The notes under the pieces: generated by a model | What the model was told of the DNA's origin: nothing | What the model saw: the letters and a program-made list of their open reading frames with translations, nothing else | The model's database searches: none | Position numbers and translations under genes: made by a program | In this document: positions 31,733-45,149 of the stretch, in pieces | How the letters are laid out: each line of letters starts with the position of its first letter | Numbering within the stretch: position 1 is the first letter of the stretch | From: Octopus sinensis | Lineage: Eukaryota | NCBI RefSeq assembly: GCF_006345805.1 | Contig: NC_043004.1 | Location: 31,744,001-31,808,000, forward strand | Length of the DNA stretch: 64,000 nucleotides | Direction of reading: 5' to 3'

Positions 31733-34713
31733 TGTCTCTGACTGTCCGTCCCTTGATGAATTGCTGAATTTATGATGGTCATGACAGCTAGAAGGACAGA
31801 TATACCACAGGAGAAATTCCTACCTATGTCGATTGGCTCCTGTCCAGTTGAACCTTAACTGACATGGATGGGACTTAAGGTTGAAGGGAAACAATCCATC
31901 ATTTTTTGACAGGACAAAGAAATTTCTTTCGCACCTGTTTGGTCAGTGATGGATCAGACAAGTGAGAATCCTTAAATTTGGTTTCGAATCTCAGCTCAGA
32001 AAAAGGAAGTTTTAGCTTTTACATATGTATATATGCATATATACTATCTATCTCCATGTGTATGTATGTATGTATGTATGTATGTGTGTATATATATATA
32101 TATATATACAAACACACACACACACACATTTATAAATCTGTGAGATATATATATTCATGCCACCTGACCAATCTGGCATAGCGAAGTGACTAATTGTAAC
32201 CATCTTCCTACATATCTCTGTCTGTCTTTCTCAAACTACAAAACTTCTACTAAACTCTGTTGTTTACTCCCTACCTGAGTCATCACTCTGTGTCATAATT
32301 GATGAAGTATTCCATCTGTCTCTTTGCCATTTTCACAGTTGTGAAGCACAGCTGTCTCACTACTATGTAGCAAAGTGCTCTATGTATTTCTCTCTTCTCA
32401 TGAATTGTAACTTTCCTGTCAGACTCTTCTATTGTATCATGTACTGTCTGTACTTTCTTCATCTCACATTCTATTCAAAGCAGTGCCCCAGCATGGCTGC
32501 AGTCTAATGACTGAAACCGGTAAAATATATAAACTTATCATGTTCATCTTTTGAAAGAAGAAAATAGATTTTATTAGCAGAATAGTTAGAATGTTGGAAA
32601 ATATTTTGTACAATTTACATACAGCCATTTACGTTCTGAGTTTAAATCTCGCCTAAGTCAACTTGCCCTTCTTCTTTCTGGGGTTAATAGAATAAGTACC
32701 AGAGAGGTACTAGGGTCCACTTAATCAACTTTACTCACCTCCAGATATGTGGCTCTTTACTAACTTAGAAAACCAAGTGATATTTATTTTCGCAATTCTC
32801 ATCTCTCACAAAATTATAGACAGTACAGTTAAAATAAGTGTTAAAGGTAAAAAAAATTTCCAACAATAAACCTTTTTAAGAAAAATTTACGGGACGTTAT
32901 ATTGTATCAAATAACCTGCATCTAATGTTGTTTTGTAGTTTTGCAATCCAAGGGAATGAACTCTGTTTCTATTTCATAAACTTGTTGAAAATAAGTTTTT
33001 TTTTAAAAACATTTTCACTTATGCTTTATATTTAAAAATATATTAAAATATTTTTCCTGCTTTGCTATTCCTTTCGTTCGAGTATCTGGTAAAATACTTT
33101 GTGGCATTTAGTAACAAATATTTACATTGTTCCACATTAACTTTGTAACGTGGGTAACAAACTGCTGTGCTGAAATTTATGGAAAACTATTCAAAATGAA
33201 TAAAGTTATGATTCGGTATTTTTCATGCACTCCTAAAGTTAATGTCATGACTTTCAATGATTAGGCATGGATTTAATTAAATTATCAACAACAGGCAGTT
33301 CCATGTTTATCCACTCTACAGTCAATACTTCATTCAGCTCTGTAATTACAATACGTCAAGTATACATCAATTAACGAACATATCAACAGTTCGAGACTTT
33401 CTGTTTGCCATGTAAAACCCAGAGGAAAAGGGTGCCACGTCTTCCCCAAAAAGTTCACACTCTGTAAGTATAGGTGCATGAAAAAGCTGCAAAGTTAGCA
33501 GAGTTACGTCCCTTAAAAGAAAGCTACTTGTAAATGCTGATCGTTTTATTGAAGACTAACTTAATAGCCGCGCTCCGTGCAGATTTTTAAGTTAACTCTG
33601 GCAGAGGGCTAATTGGCCCCGCGGCCCAAAACTATAGAGAGCTAAATAGCATGACTATAATACGTCTATAATGGCTATATGCCCAGATGGTGTTTGATCA
33701 GAGGTTAAAGACGGATGAAAATTAATTCTGTAATGCAATCATTCTATTGTTCCAGTCCCAAGTTGAATTCCAACCATTGGCCAATTTGTCTCAGAGTTCT
33801 TATCTTGACGCAAAATTAACGGAGGGAATGTCATTTATCTCTCCTTGATTCCTGACGTCATCGGACAAAAGCCAACTAAGACGGTTTGAATCAGCCAAGC
33901 TTGACCAGCTAGAAATAGCAACCCAAATGCTTTTAAATCAGATCCCAATGCTGGATGTTCAAGAACCAAATGAAGAGCAGATTTTCAATTTCGGGATCAT
34001 CCTGATTCCAGAAAGGTATATGTCTATGTAGAGCAAATGTAGAGTGAGATACTGGGGTCCCAGACGGACAGACAGAATTTTGCTTTTATTATTATAGATG
34101 TGAAAACAATTGCATTTAATATTTAATCATTGATTAAAGCAATGAGCTGGCATAATCATTTGCATGCTGGGCAAAATGCTTTGTAGCAGTTCATCAGTCT
34201 TTACCTTCTAGATTCAAGTCCATAGAGGTCGGCTTTGCCTGTAATCGTTTCAGGGTCAATAAAATAAGTACCAGTTGAGCACTGGGGTGGGTGTAATCAT
34301 CTTACCCTACTCCCGAAATTTTAGTTATTGATTAAGGTGGCAAGCTGATAGAACCATTAGCATTCCGGGCAGAATGTTCAGTGGCAATTCATCTGTCTTT
34401 ACATTATGAATTCAAATGCTACTGGGATCAATGTAATCGACCTACACCTCCTAAAATTGCTGGCCTTGTGCTAAATTTTGAAACCAATATTTAATTGTTG
34501 ACTTATCCCTCCTTGCCATAGATTGCTGGCCTTGTACCAATGCTAGAAATTATTTAATTGAACATTAATACTTCGCTTCTTTCTTTTAATGAGTTTATAG
34601 GAGACTGAGGAAGTTGACAAAGGTTGTTGAAGAAGTTTCCAGGACGTGAATTTAACAGACATAAAGGTTTGTATCTCTCTCTCTCTCTCTATCTCTCTCT
34701 ATCTATCTATCTA

Positions 34714-34776
<63 letters not shown>

Positions 34777-34899
34777 CCTCTCTTGGTTACTACTGTGTAT
34801 TTGGTGTCGCTAAAGACTATCGAGATGGTTGAATGGACCTGACCATTTAACTTCAATGAAAATGTACTAACTTTAAAAATAGAAACAATTCCAGTCCTT

Positions 34900-36940
34900 C
34901 CAAAATTCTTTGACAGTCAGATCCCTTCTGTCATTCAGACTACTAAAACCAGGTTTTTGCCAACGGAACAAAATTATTTATTTTCGCTTTTTGATATTTA
35001 ATGTTTATTGTTACGTTGTTCGATTTTTGGAATATCCGTCCCACATAAGTTGGAATTTCTCCCTTTTGGCCAGAATATTTCATTGCTTCATCTATTGTAT
35101 TCAAATTCATGCATGCAGCCACAACACACACGTTTTTTTTTTTATATATAATATCTTTTGAACTTTTGAAATATTGGGAGTTGCAGCCAAACAGAAAAGA
35201 TCCCAAAGAAGTTATCAAATGATCGTGAATTACCCTTACCATTGTATTTTTCATATTGCTATGTTTTGCATTTAGCTTGATGTGCATAGCTGTTTAGCTA
35301 AAGGTTTGCTGCATCAAACTCTGCAATTATAGTCAGTACCTATCATGATGCATGTATTGATTTTCTCCTATTTTACAGCTTGTTTTGCACGTACATGCTT
35401 CTGCGACCTCGTTTTGCTTCGTATCTGCCCTGGATCACTACAACGGATTTATTTATTGACTGATCATCTGATGAGTGAGTTATGTAGTGAATCCTGACGG
35501 TCAAGCAGGAAAGCAAAACGAAAAAGGGATTTAACAAGAGTAACCTCCCTCGACCTTCTCTAAAATTCTCGAACATTCTAGAAGCTTCCAATTTACTTCT
35601 AGATGATGTGGCAGTCAGGGACCTCCGGTTCATCCCTTTTATATGCACTATAGTGCATTTCACTTGGTTTCGTTATGTTTTCTGTCCTATTATATTGTTT
35701 TTCAATTTATTGTTAGTACTATTTCTAACAATCTGGAAAAATGATCTAGGTTCACTTCGAGATCTAGACCGTTTGTTTTTTGCTTAGTTCCTTATAGGTA
35801 ATGTTTGTTGAGATCTTGAGAATGAACTCGGCAATCTTTTGTCTCTAGTAGACCTTTCCGTCCATTTCCGTAAAAAATTTTTTTTTTTTTTACATATGGG
35901 CTTGCGGGAACTTTTGAAGTAATGAGAGCGAAAGAGACTAAGAGAAAGCGATTTTATGACGAGGGAAGTTCTTTTGAAGTTACCGTGCATGTGAAGCATT
36001 GATGTACATGTGTGTGTGTGTTTGATGGGGTGTGGGAGACAGACAGTATGTTGTGTAAGTGAAGTGCTTCTGTTAGTGTGTGTGAAGAGACAGAGTAATG
36101 TGTGAAAGAAAGAGATAACTGAAATTTTTTACTCGGTGTATGTGTATATGTATGTATATTACTTCAAAAGTTCCCGCAAGCCCATATGTAAAAAAAAAAA
36201 AAATTTTTACGGAAATCGACGGAAAGGTCTACTAGAGACGAAAGATCGCCATGAACTCCTTCCAGTTTTTCTATCAACCCTAATGGTTTGATCCAACGAA
36301 TATCTGTTTTGTTTGTGCTTTTTTGTGCATGTTATGTGCATGAGGGTGTTCTTGTAATAGTAACGAAAAGTTCTTACCGTAGTTAGTGTTAGATTTTGTT
36401 GCCACGTGTCCTAGCATCTGTTGCGTTGACGAGGTTGTTTCTTTTTAATTCTATTTCTCAGTTTTGTAGAGTCTTTACCGTAATTTGCAGCATATTTATT
36501 GAGAAATAATTGTTTCCACTGCCATAACCGTCTAGATCTGTTTTCTTCTTTTGAGATGTTCCTGATCCAAAGTTCTCACATTTTTTCGGCTATAATGCCA
36601 GCCATCAGCTTTGATATTTCATTAACAATTCAATCATCAATAACTTCTCTTTGTAATGAGATTGTTTACATAGGATAATGGAGATGTCGGTCCTGAATTT
36701 TGTCATAGTGAGCTCCCATCGAAATTTTGTTTCCTTCTCTGGTTCGCCTACAATTTCCTTAATTGGATACTTACGAGGGAGTATGGGTGCAGCTACTGAA
36801 ATCCATTTAGAATGAACGTCAGCATATTTTTCACATTTATATACCTTCCAACTTTTGATGATCGAATGTATATATATATATTCTATTGGTGTCTTTTGTC
36901 GAACCGCTACGTTAAGCGGACGCAAACACATCAACACCGG
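34900..36940 (-). pseudogene. Possible decayed piggyBac-type transposase, interrupted by a MITE
   Basis: QSINKSVVVIQGR...SMYVQNK (35373-35663) resembles the piggyBac SIDESMVxFxGR...YxPNKP motif. Flanking ORFs are only weakly suggestive. Confidence 0.4.
35830..36250. mobile_element. MITE with ~95-bp TIRs beginning GG and an 8-bp TSD (ATGAACTC); Merlin-like by TSD and terminus
   Basis: TIRs ggcaatcttttgtctctagtagacctttccg / cggaaaggtctactagagacgaaagatcgcc. atgaactc lies at 35822-35829 and 36251-36258. Confidence 0.8.
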
Positions 36941-38365
36941 TTGTCAAGCAGTAATAGGTAGAAAACAAAGACAGACAGACACACACACACACACATATAC
37001 TAGCTAGTGTACCCGGTAATTCCTGGGGAAAAAGACGTTCTATTGAAACGCCTTATTACTCTGATATAAGAAAGCAGTTTCGTTATAACTGCCATAAAAG
37101 GTGTATTTTCCGTCGCGCAAAAGTACGCCTCTGATTATTATTTTATTCAGATGGACACCCATAGCTATTTGATATTTAAAAACTAGTTATATAGAAACCT
37201 CTTTCAAAATTTCTTTTCTTTTTCACACATTAACTTGTGTAGGTTGAACTATGTAAAATATTAGAGAAAGAAACTTTGCTCTTTTCTTGAAAAGCATACC
37301 AATACATATATCTAAAGAAAAAATACTATTATGACCCCCAATTTTCTATTTTGTGGCATTGATCTCCCAAAATCTTATATAAACCCTCAGGGGCCATATG
37401 GATCCTGGTTAAGAATCACTGATGTAGATAAAGTGATAGTGGTTCTTTTTAATCCAAGGTTGAGCAGCCAACCAAGAATCATGTTAACCTGTCTTCTTTG
37501 GGACTTCTCAACTTCTGCACTTATTGTCTTATGCTTCTCTATCTATGACCATATTTTGGTGGAAATACATGGAAATTTCTGTTCGAAATTATACAATCGA
37601 ATTATGACAGCTGAAATACTATTGGCTAACAATTAGGCTGTGATCACCTAATGTTCATTACTGAGCTGATGTGATTTTGAATCTAAGCCTCGTTACAGCA
37701 GAAACTGATGTCTATGATGTGGAAGTCATGTCATAGAATCCCAGTTGGGCGACAAAGGAGCAGATATACGTTGACATCATGGAATATTCCTTCTGTACCA
37801 GATTAAAAAGAAACTACAGGTCCTCAATTAACATCTAATTGTGGGGCACTGTTGCAACTCTATTGCGAGACATAACATAGACTTTGAAGGAAAGCATTAC
37901 GACATCATTCTGAAGGAAAACATTATGACATCGCATGGAGATACTAGAAAAGTGCTAACCGCACTTCAACAGTTGTAGGAGGTGTGAACTCTGCTTGGCT
38001 GAGAAAAAAATATAGTGAAGAGCCCCTTCATACAGGTGCCTACCAAAACGTTTTTCTCCCTTTTTTCCAAAGACAATTTTTTTCTTTTTTGTTCCACTCC
38101 CAGTGGATGTCAGGGATAAATCATTCACGTAAGTTGGAATTTCTCTGTTTTGACAGGGATTTTTCAGATTATTTTTTATGGTACTCTTGGAAAGGATGGG
38201 GGACATCCTTTTAGAAAGACATAAACTTTTTTTGTAATTGAAAGCTGATTGAAAAAATCATGGATTGATTTTGGTCGATTTTGTGAATGCGTGGGAAAAA
38301 TGTTTTTGAACAAACGTTCTTTTGTAAAGGAAATAGTAAAGGAAATAGTAAACAGTTTGTTTTGC

Positions 38366-38595
38366 AAGGCGGCGAGCTGGCAGAAACGTTAGCATGCCGG
38401 GCGAAATGCATAGCCGTATTTCGTCTGCCGTTACGTTCTAAGTTCAAATTCCGCCAAGGTCGACTTTGCCTTTCATCCTTTCGGGGTCGATAAATTAAGT
38501 ACCAGTTACGCACTGGGGTCGATGTAATCGACTTAATCCATTTGTCTGTCGTTGTTTGTACCTTCTGTGTTTAGCCCCCTGTGGGTAAAGAAATA
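38366..38595 (+). mobile_element. SINE with a Deu/Nin-like central domain; other copies at ~34143-34500, ~55298-55510, 56424-56657 and 58705-58843 (-)
   Basis: ggcgagctggcagaaacgttagc...gttcaaattccgcc...gcctttcatcctttcggggtcgataaattaagtaccag recurs across the window. Confidence 0.7.
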
Positions 38596-38639
38596 AGTTT
38601 GTTTTGTAACACAACATTAAATATAAATAGTTCTGGATA

Positions 38640-40470
38640 ATTTTGTGGCTAATGTACTGTTCTACAACTTCTTGTGATATAAGGTTTAGAGGTATGTTGT
38701 GTTTGCGGTGCATGTGGTGGTGTTGGTGTAGGAATGAATGTGCGTGGTATGTCAGGTTCTGGAATGAGATTTTCTGAGAAAGCCTTTTTTATTCTGTAGA
38801 TGGATATTGTTTCTTTTCGACCATTAACGTCGACTATGAAGGTTTTTTGTGAGTGCAACAGTACACGATAAGGTCCAGAATAAAGTGATGTAAGAGGTCC
38901 TTTAACGGAATCGTTCCGAATAAAAACTTGTGTCTACTCAAAGATGTCTGATGGGACGGCAAAAAAAAAAATGAATTGGTCTGTGGCGATAGCAGCCAAA
39001 TCGATGTGTGCAGGAGACGAAAGTGAACACACAGGAAGTCTGGATAATGCAACAGCAGTTATGTTTGCAGATCCGGCTATAGGACGAATGTTGCAGGTAT
39101 ATTGCGAGATTAAATCCAAGTGTTTGTATGTCCTCGGCGAGTATTTATCAGACCTGGATTGAAGAGCGAATGTAAGGGGTTTATGATCTGTGAATACTAT
39201 GAACTCCCGACCTTCCAGAAGCCACAAGTGTCTCACAGCAAGATAAACAGCTAAGAGCTCTCTGTCAAAAGTACTGAAACGCTGTTCTGCTAGCTTGAGT
39301 TGACGTGAGAAAAAGACAAGCGGTTGAGATTTCTGGTTGATGATGTGCTAAAACGGTGCCAACAGCGATCGTGGACACGTCGACAGTTAGGGATAGCTTC
39401 GCGTTTACAGCAGGATGTGCGAGAAAGGAAACTTTAGCTAATTCAGACTTTACGGAGTCGAAAGCTTGCATGACGTCAACAGAATGGGAAATAAATGAGT
39501 CTTTCTTCTTTGTGGATTTCAGAATTTGTATAAGAGGAAACAACTTGTCCCCCAAAAGTGACGTACTTGTCTCAATGAAGTAGGGGGAGCAATTTTCTGA
39601 ATAGCATCCATTTTAGAAAACAGGTGGGTCAGTTGTTGTAATAAAATGTTGAGTCGAGTGGAGTGTCTGGGTAGGCTTAAATGAGAGATCTGCTAACTCA
39701 GGAAACGAGGCAAGAAGAGTATGGAACTTGTTACTGGCAGAGGCTACAAAAAATGGTGGGCTGAGGATAGCAGCGGTAGATTCACATGCAGACGTAGATA
39801 AAGATGAGGTAGTATCCATAAGTCTGTTTCTTGACATCTACCAAGAGTGAATAGTGGTGTAAGAAGTCCTCCCCGAGGATAGGATGAGGCAGGTCGGTGG
39901 TGACAAAAATCCATTTAAAATCTTGACGCAAGGCAAGGTCTAGAGTTAAAGATATCAGACCGTAGGTTTTGATGGGAGACTGGTTCACCGCGTATAAGGA
40001 AATACTGGATAACTGTAATGACAAAATACTGCAACTAGATCCTGTATCGACCATGAACGACCTGTTTGAGACTAGGTCCCTAATGAAGAAAGCACAATTA
40101 GCTGAAAAGTTGTGAGAGAGGTCTGATGTGTACCTAGGCTCTCTAGATTCAGTTTTCCGACACTTTAAAAGCACAAGGCTTGTTACAATGACGTGCCTTG
40201 TCGTGAAAACGTGCGTGATACCAGCACACCGAAGAATTGTTGGTTGAAAAACTGCTACGTTGTCGAGAAAAGAAAGAACGGCTTCGCGAACACCGTCTAA
40301 CATGACAGAATTGAGCTATTTGGTGCGTTAAACCATCGATAGCCTTCAACATGGTGTCTCCATTTTTATTATCAGGTTGTTGTTGAGAAGACGATCAAGC
40401 AATAACCGAATCAGCCGCAATGGACCTATGAGAGAATTCTATTATCTTATCTGCAGATGATTTTAATTAA
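38640..40470 (-). mobile_element. Internally deleted Ty3/Gypsy (CsRn1-like) relic: gag C-terminus, protease, RNase H and integrase C-terminus
   Basis: CWYHARFHDKARHCNKPC; FMVDTGSSCSIL; LTVDVSTIAVGTVL; FTDHKPLTFAL; ETISIYRIKKAF. No LTRs were recognised. Confidence 0.8.
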
Positions 40471-40884
40471 CAGAATTTCTTCGATAAGTTATATTTTTGA
40501 TTTTTAGAAATATTGTTGAATTTTTATTGTTAAAACACGTATTCTTTAATATTTATTTGTTAATTATTATAAGTTAAGATACGTAAATTTATTTTATTTT
40601 ATTGTTATTATTCTTACTATTATGTTAGACCTGATGAGTGACAATATTTTTTTAATAATATTAGTTTTAGATCGATTTTATTTTATTATTATTTTCGATT
40701 TGAAGATATAAACATGAAACACGCGTAGTCTATTTACTATTTATTTATTGTTTATGTACTTTATTGATTTTTAGAATAATGGTTTTTATAGTATATTTAA
40801 TTTTTTCTATATGGTGTGAATAACGTCTTTCATTATTGAATTTGCTTAATAGAGGTTTTTCTCTAAATTATATACATATGTTTG

Positions 40885-40934
<50 letters not shown>

Positions 40935-40936
40935 GG

Positions 40937-42181
40937 TTTTGTATGTGGCAGATGCTCAGGAACAATAAACACTGAAAATGTGCAGAGAACAACTTCTGTC
41001 ACATTCCAGGGAGAAAAACTACAAGTAGTTGACAGCTTCTGTTACCTAGGTGACCAAGTCATAGCGGAGGTGGTGAATGTGTAGCTGCTAGAATAAGAAT
41101 AGCCTGGGTAAAGTTCAGAGAACTCCTACCTCTGCTGGTGACAAAGGGCCTCTCGCTCAGAGTAAAAGGTAGACTGTATGACGCATGTGTACGAACAGCC
41201 ATGCTACATCACAGTGAAACATGGTCTGTGACTGCTGAGGACATGCGTAAGCTTGCAAGGAATGAAGCGAGTATGCTCCACTGGATGTGTAATGCGAGTG
41301 TGCATACACAACAGAGTGTAAAAGTTGGACCTAAGAAGCATCAGATGTGGTGTGCAAGAGAGACGACTGTGCTGGTATGGTCATGTGGTGAGAATGGATG
41401 AAGATAGCTGTGTGAAAAAGTGTTACACCCTAGCGGCTGAGGGAACCTGTGGAAGAGGTAGACCCAGGAAGACCTGGAATGGAGTGGTGAAGCACGACCT
41501 TCGAACATTAGGCCTCACCGTGGCAATGACTAGTGACCGAGACCTTTGGAAATATGCTGTGCTTGAGAAGACACAGCAAGCCAAGTGAGACCATAACCCG
41601 TGGCCTATGCCAGTGGTGTAACAAACCCACTTATGTGTACCTTTCTTTCATTGGACACAAAACTCTGCTTGCGAAGACCTGTTCAGGCAAGTGAAATCGA
41701 AATCAAATTCGCTGACATGGCCAATGACAGCACCGCCTGACTGGCATCCGTGCTAGTGGAACGTCAAGAGCACCATCCGAGAGTCATCGTTACCAGGGCC
41801 ACATACTGGCTCCTGTACCGGTGGCACGTAAAAAGCACCATTCGAGCGTGATCATTACCAGCATCGCCTTACTGGTACGTGCGCCAGTGGCACATAAAAA
41901 ACAACATTTGAGTGAGGTCATTGCCAGTGCCGCTGGACTGGCTCCTGTGTAGGTGGCACGTAAAAAACACCATTTGAGCATTGCCAGTACCACCTGACTG
42001 GTCCTTGCGCCAGTAGCACGTAAAAGCACCCACTACACTCTCGGAGTGGTTGGCGTTAGGAAGGGCATCCAGCTGTAGAAACTCTGCCAGATCAGATTGG
42101 AGCCTGGTGCAGTCATCTGACTCGCCAGTCCTCAATCAAACCATCGAACCCATGCCAGCATGGAAAGCGGACGTTAAACGA

Positions 42182-42185
<4 letters not shown>
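40937..42185 (+). mobile_element. 5'-truncated RTE LINE (RT C-terminus + 3'UTR), same family as 15015-16882
   Basis: TKGLSLRVKGRLYDACVRTAML and GRGRPRKTW; shares the 3'UTR and GAT tail. Confidence 0.85.
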
Positions 42186-42245
<60 letters not shown>

Positions 42246-42261
42246 AATATATATATATATG

Positions 42262-42450
42262 ATCATCATCATCATTTAACGTCTGTTCTCCATACTAGCA
42301 TGTGTTGGACGGTTCAACTGGGGTCTGGGAAACCAGGAGGCTGCACCAGGCTCCAGTCTGATCTAGCAGACTTTCTACAGCTGGATGCCCTTCCTAACAC
42401 CAACCACTCCGTGAGTGTAGTGGGTACTTTTTACGTGCCACCGGCGCAGG
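42262..42450 (-). mobile_element. RTE-family 3' fragment, inverted relative to 40937-42185 across a (TA)n tract
   Basis: catcatcatcatttaacgtc...ggatgcccttcctaacaccaacc. Confidence 0.7.
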
Positions 42451-43178
42451 TATCACAGGTACAATTTCCATTTGATTTTTTTGATGTTGATGTACTTGAC
42501 TCAATAGGTCTCCTCAAGCACAGCAGGTCGCCCTACGATCCAAGGTTAACACAGCAGGCCGTCCTGTGATCCAAAGTACTTTGGAAGGGCCGGGGCTTAT
42601 ATGTGAAGCTGGGGCAGGAAACAGCCATGAACTCACGTTATCTGCCAGGTCTTCGCAGTCACAGAATATCTTCAGAGGTCTCGGTCTTTCGTCATTGCCT
42701 CCGTGAGGCCCAACGTTCGAAGGTCATATATATATATATATATATATATGGATATATATGTGTGTTTATACATGTGCATATATATATATGTGTGTGTGTG
42801 TGTGTATGCACGTATTTATATTTATAGCTTAGCCTTATGAACTTTCTAAACTCTCTGACGAAGCCTAGAGAAACACCCAAGCACCTCAATTTCATCTACT
42901 AATTACTTCAGTCCACTGGAAGGATAAAAGTAGAATGAGGTATTATTGCCTCTTGGCTGAAACAGCTGTAAGTTATCTTCCCAATTTCTATTGCTCTATG
43001 TTATATTTTAATAATTACTGGTATTTTTATATTTCAATTATTATTTATGTAAAGCATAAGATGTTAAACATGTATGTATATTGTTATAATTGTCTTTTTT
43101 TTAAAATAAATAAATAGACATAATATAAGGTCTATAAGTTGATCCCTTTCATTTTCTATTGCTATATATATTATATAT

Positions 43179-43230
<52 letters not shown>

Positions 43231-43281
43231 GTTGTGTGTGTGTGTGGGTTGTGTGGTGTGTGTGTGTGTGTGTGTGTTATG

Positions 43282-43325
<44 letters not shown>

Positions 43326-43366
43326 ATATATATATTATATATATATATAATATATATATATATTAT

Positions 43367-43436
<70 letters not shown>

Positions 43437-43606
43437 AATTGAGATAGGTGTTGTTAATGCAACCCTCCATGGGATAACATATATCCAATATACTGCTAGT
43501 GAAGTACCCAACAAAGTTAATACATAAATGTTAAGGATTGCGATGCAATCAATTCATTTACTATATTATATGGACAAAGGTAAAATTATTTACCACAAAT
43601 TACTAA

Positions 43607-44087
43607 TACAAGATAAGAAAATGGAGAAATACATCTAAATCAAATATCAATTACCAGATAATACTCAATCACATACTTTATTCACCACATAAGAGACTGT
43701 AGGGTTAAACATTAAAAAGCAGAACAAATCAGTGTACATAAAGGAATGTACATAAACAAGTGTACATAAAAGAGTAATGTTGTATAATAAGTAGAATATA
43801 TATAAAAAAGAGAATATAAATATAAGTAAATATAAATATAAGTATAGATTACATCTATATTTATATTTACTTATATTTATATTCTCTTTTTTATATATAT
43901 TCTACTTATTATACAACATTACTCTTTTATGTACACTTGTTTATGTACATTCCTTTATGTACACTGATTGTTCTGCTTTTTTATGTTTACCCTACAGTCT
44001 CTTATGTGGTGAATAAAGTATGTGATTGAGTATTATCTGGTAATTGATATTTGATTTAGATGTATTTCTCCATTTTCTTATCTTGTA
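43607..44087. repeat. Long near-perfect palindrome (~240-bp arms, 3-nt loop at ~43851)
   Basis: tacaagataagaaaatggag...tatagat-tac-atctata...ctccattttcttatcttgta. Confidence 0.9.
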
Positions 44088-44121
44088 TATATATATATAT
44101 AACATATATATATATATATAT

Positions 44122-44165
<44 letters not shown>

Positions 44166-44182
44166 TATATGTATATATATGG

Positions 44183-44222
<40 letters not shown>

Positions 44223-44983
44223 ATATATATATTGTGAGTGTGTGTAACTACCTGTCTGTGTCTGTGTTTGTACCCTCACCATTGCTTCACAACCAATGTT
44301 ACTATGTTTACGTTCCCATAACTTAGTGGTTCAGCAAAAGACACTGACAGAATAAGTATTAGGCTTACAAGAAATAAATCCTGTGGTCGATTTTTTCAAC
44401 CAAAAGTAGTGCTCCAGCATGGCCGTAGTCACATGACAGAAACAAGTAAAACAATAAAAAACTATGCCATTTTAATCCCGAGCAAGGCTGGGTATCTCTA
44501 CTAGTATATATATATGTATATGTATTCTCAGTTTCTCTTCCTTTCTCTTGCTCTCTCCTTCTGACTTGGTAACCATGTACCTTCTCCACAGCAAGACACC
44601 TGTTCCTCTCCCTCTGTCACACTCTAACATCTCATCACCTCCAATGCCCCTCCTCTCAAAGGATCTTTATTTTCCAAGTTACTTGGTGACCCCGCCAATC
44701 CTTGTGTCACATAAAAAAGCATCCAGTCCACACTGTAAACTGGTTGGCACTTTCAAGGGCATCCAGCTGCAAAAACCATGTCAAAACAGGCAGTGAATTT
44801 TGGTGCAGTTTTCTACCCAGCCAAGTTCTGTCAAACTGTCCAACCGTTGCCAGCATGGAAAACTAATGTTAAATGATGATGAGGACGACAACAATGATGA
44901 CGACTATGATGATGATGATGATATGTATTTATGACTCTTTTATGAAATATTGTATTTTCACAGAGATTCCATAGAGTTACAAC

Positions 44984-45149
44984 ATGTCAGAAGTTTACTA
45001 CAAAGATTCTGCTGGATTTCAATTACTCAACTATGATTACAATGGATTTTTGCTACCTTCATTTCCAAATATTCAAGAAAATATGGACAGACTTCCAGAT
45101 ATGCCAATAAGAGATGATGATGTTTTACTTCAAGGCTATTTTAAAGCAG
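44984..45149 (+). CDS. Sulfotransferase coding exon 1
   Basis: MSEVYYKD...[14 protein letters not shown]; donor gtaggt at 45150. Confidence 0.88.

Noticed and set aside
32880-34100. Possible DNA-transposon or Helitron remnants (also ~36980-37350, ~37930-38330 and ~61260-61810)
   Set aside because: They look repetitive, but I could not define termini, TSDs or coding motifs by eye.
42851-42877. CTGACGA-AGCCTAGA-GAAAC
   Set aside because: Stem II and stem I do not pair; at best a heavily decayed motif.
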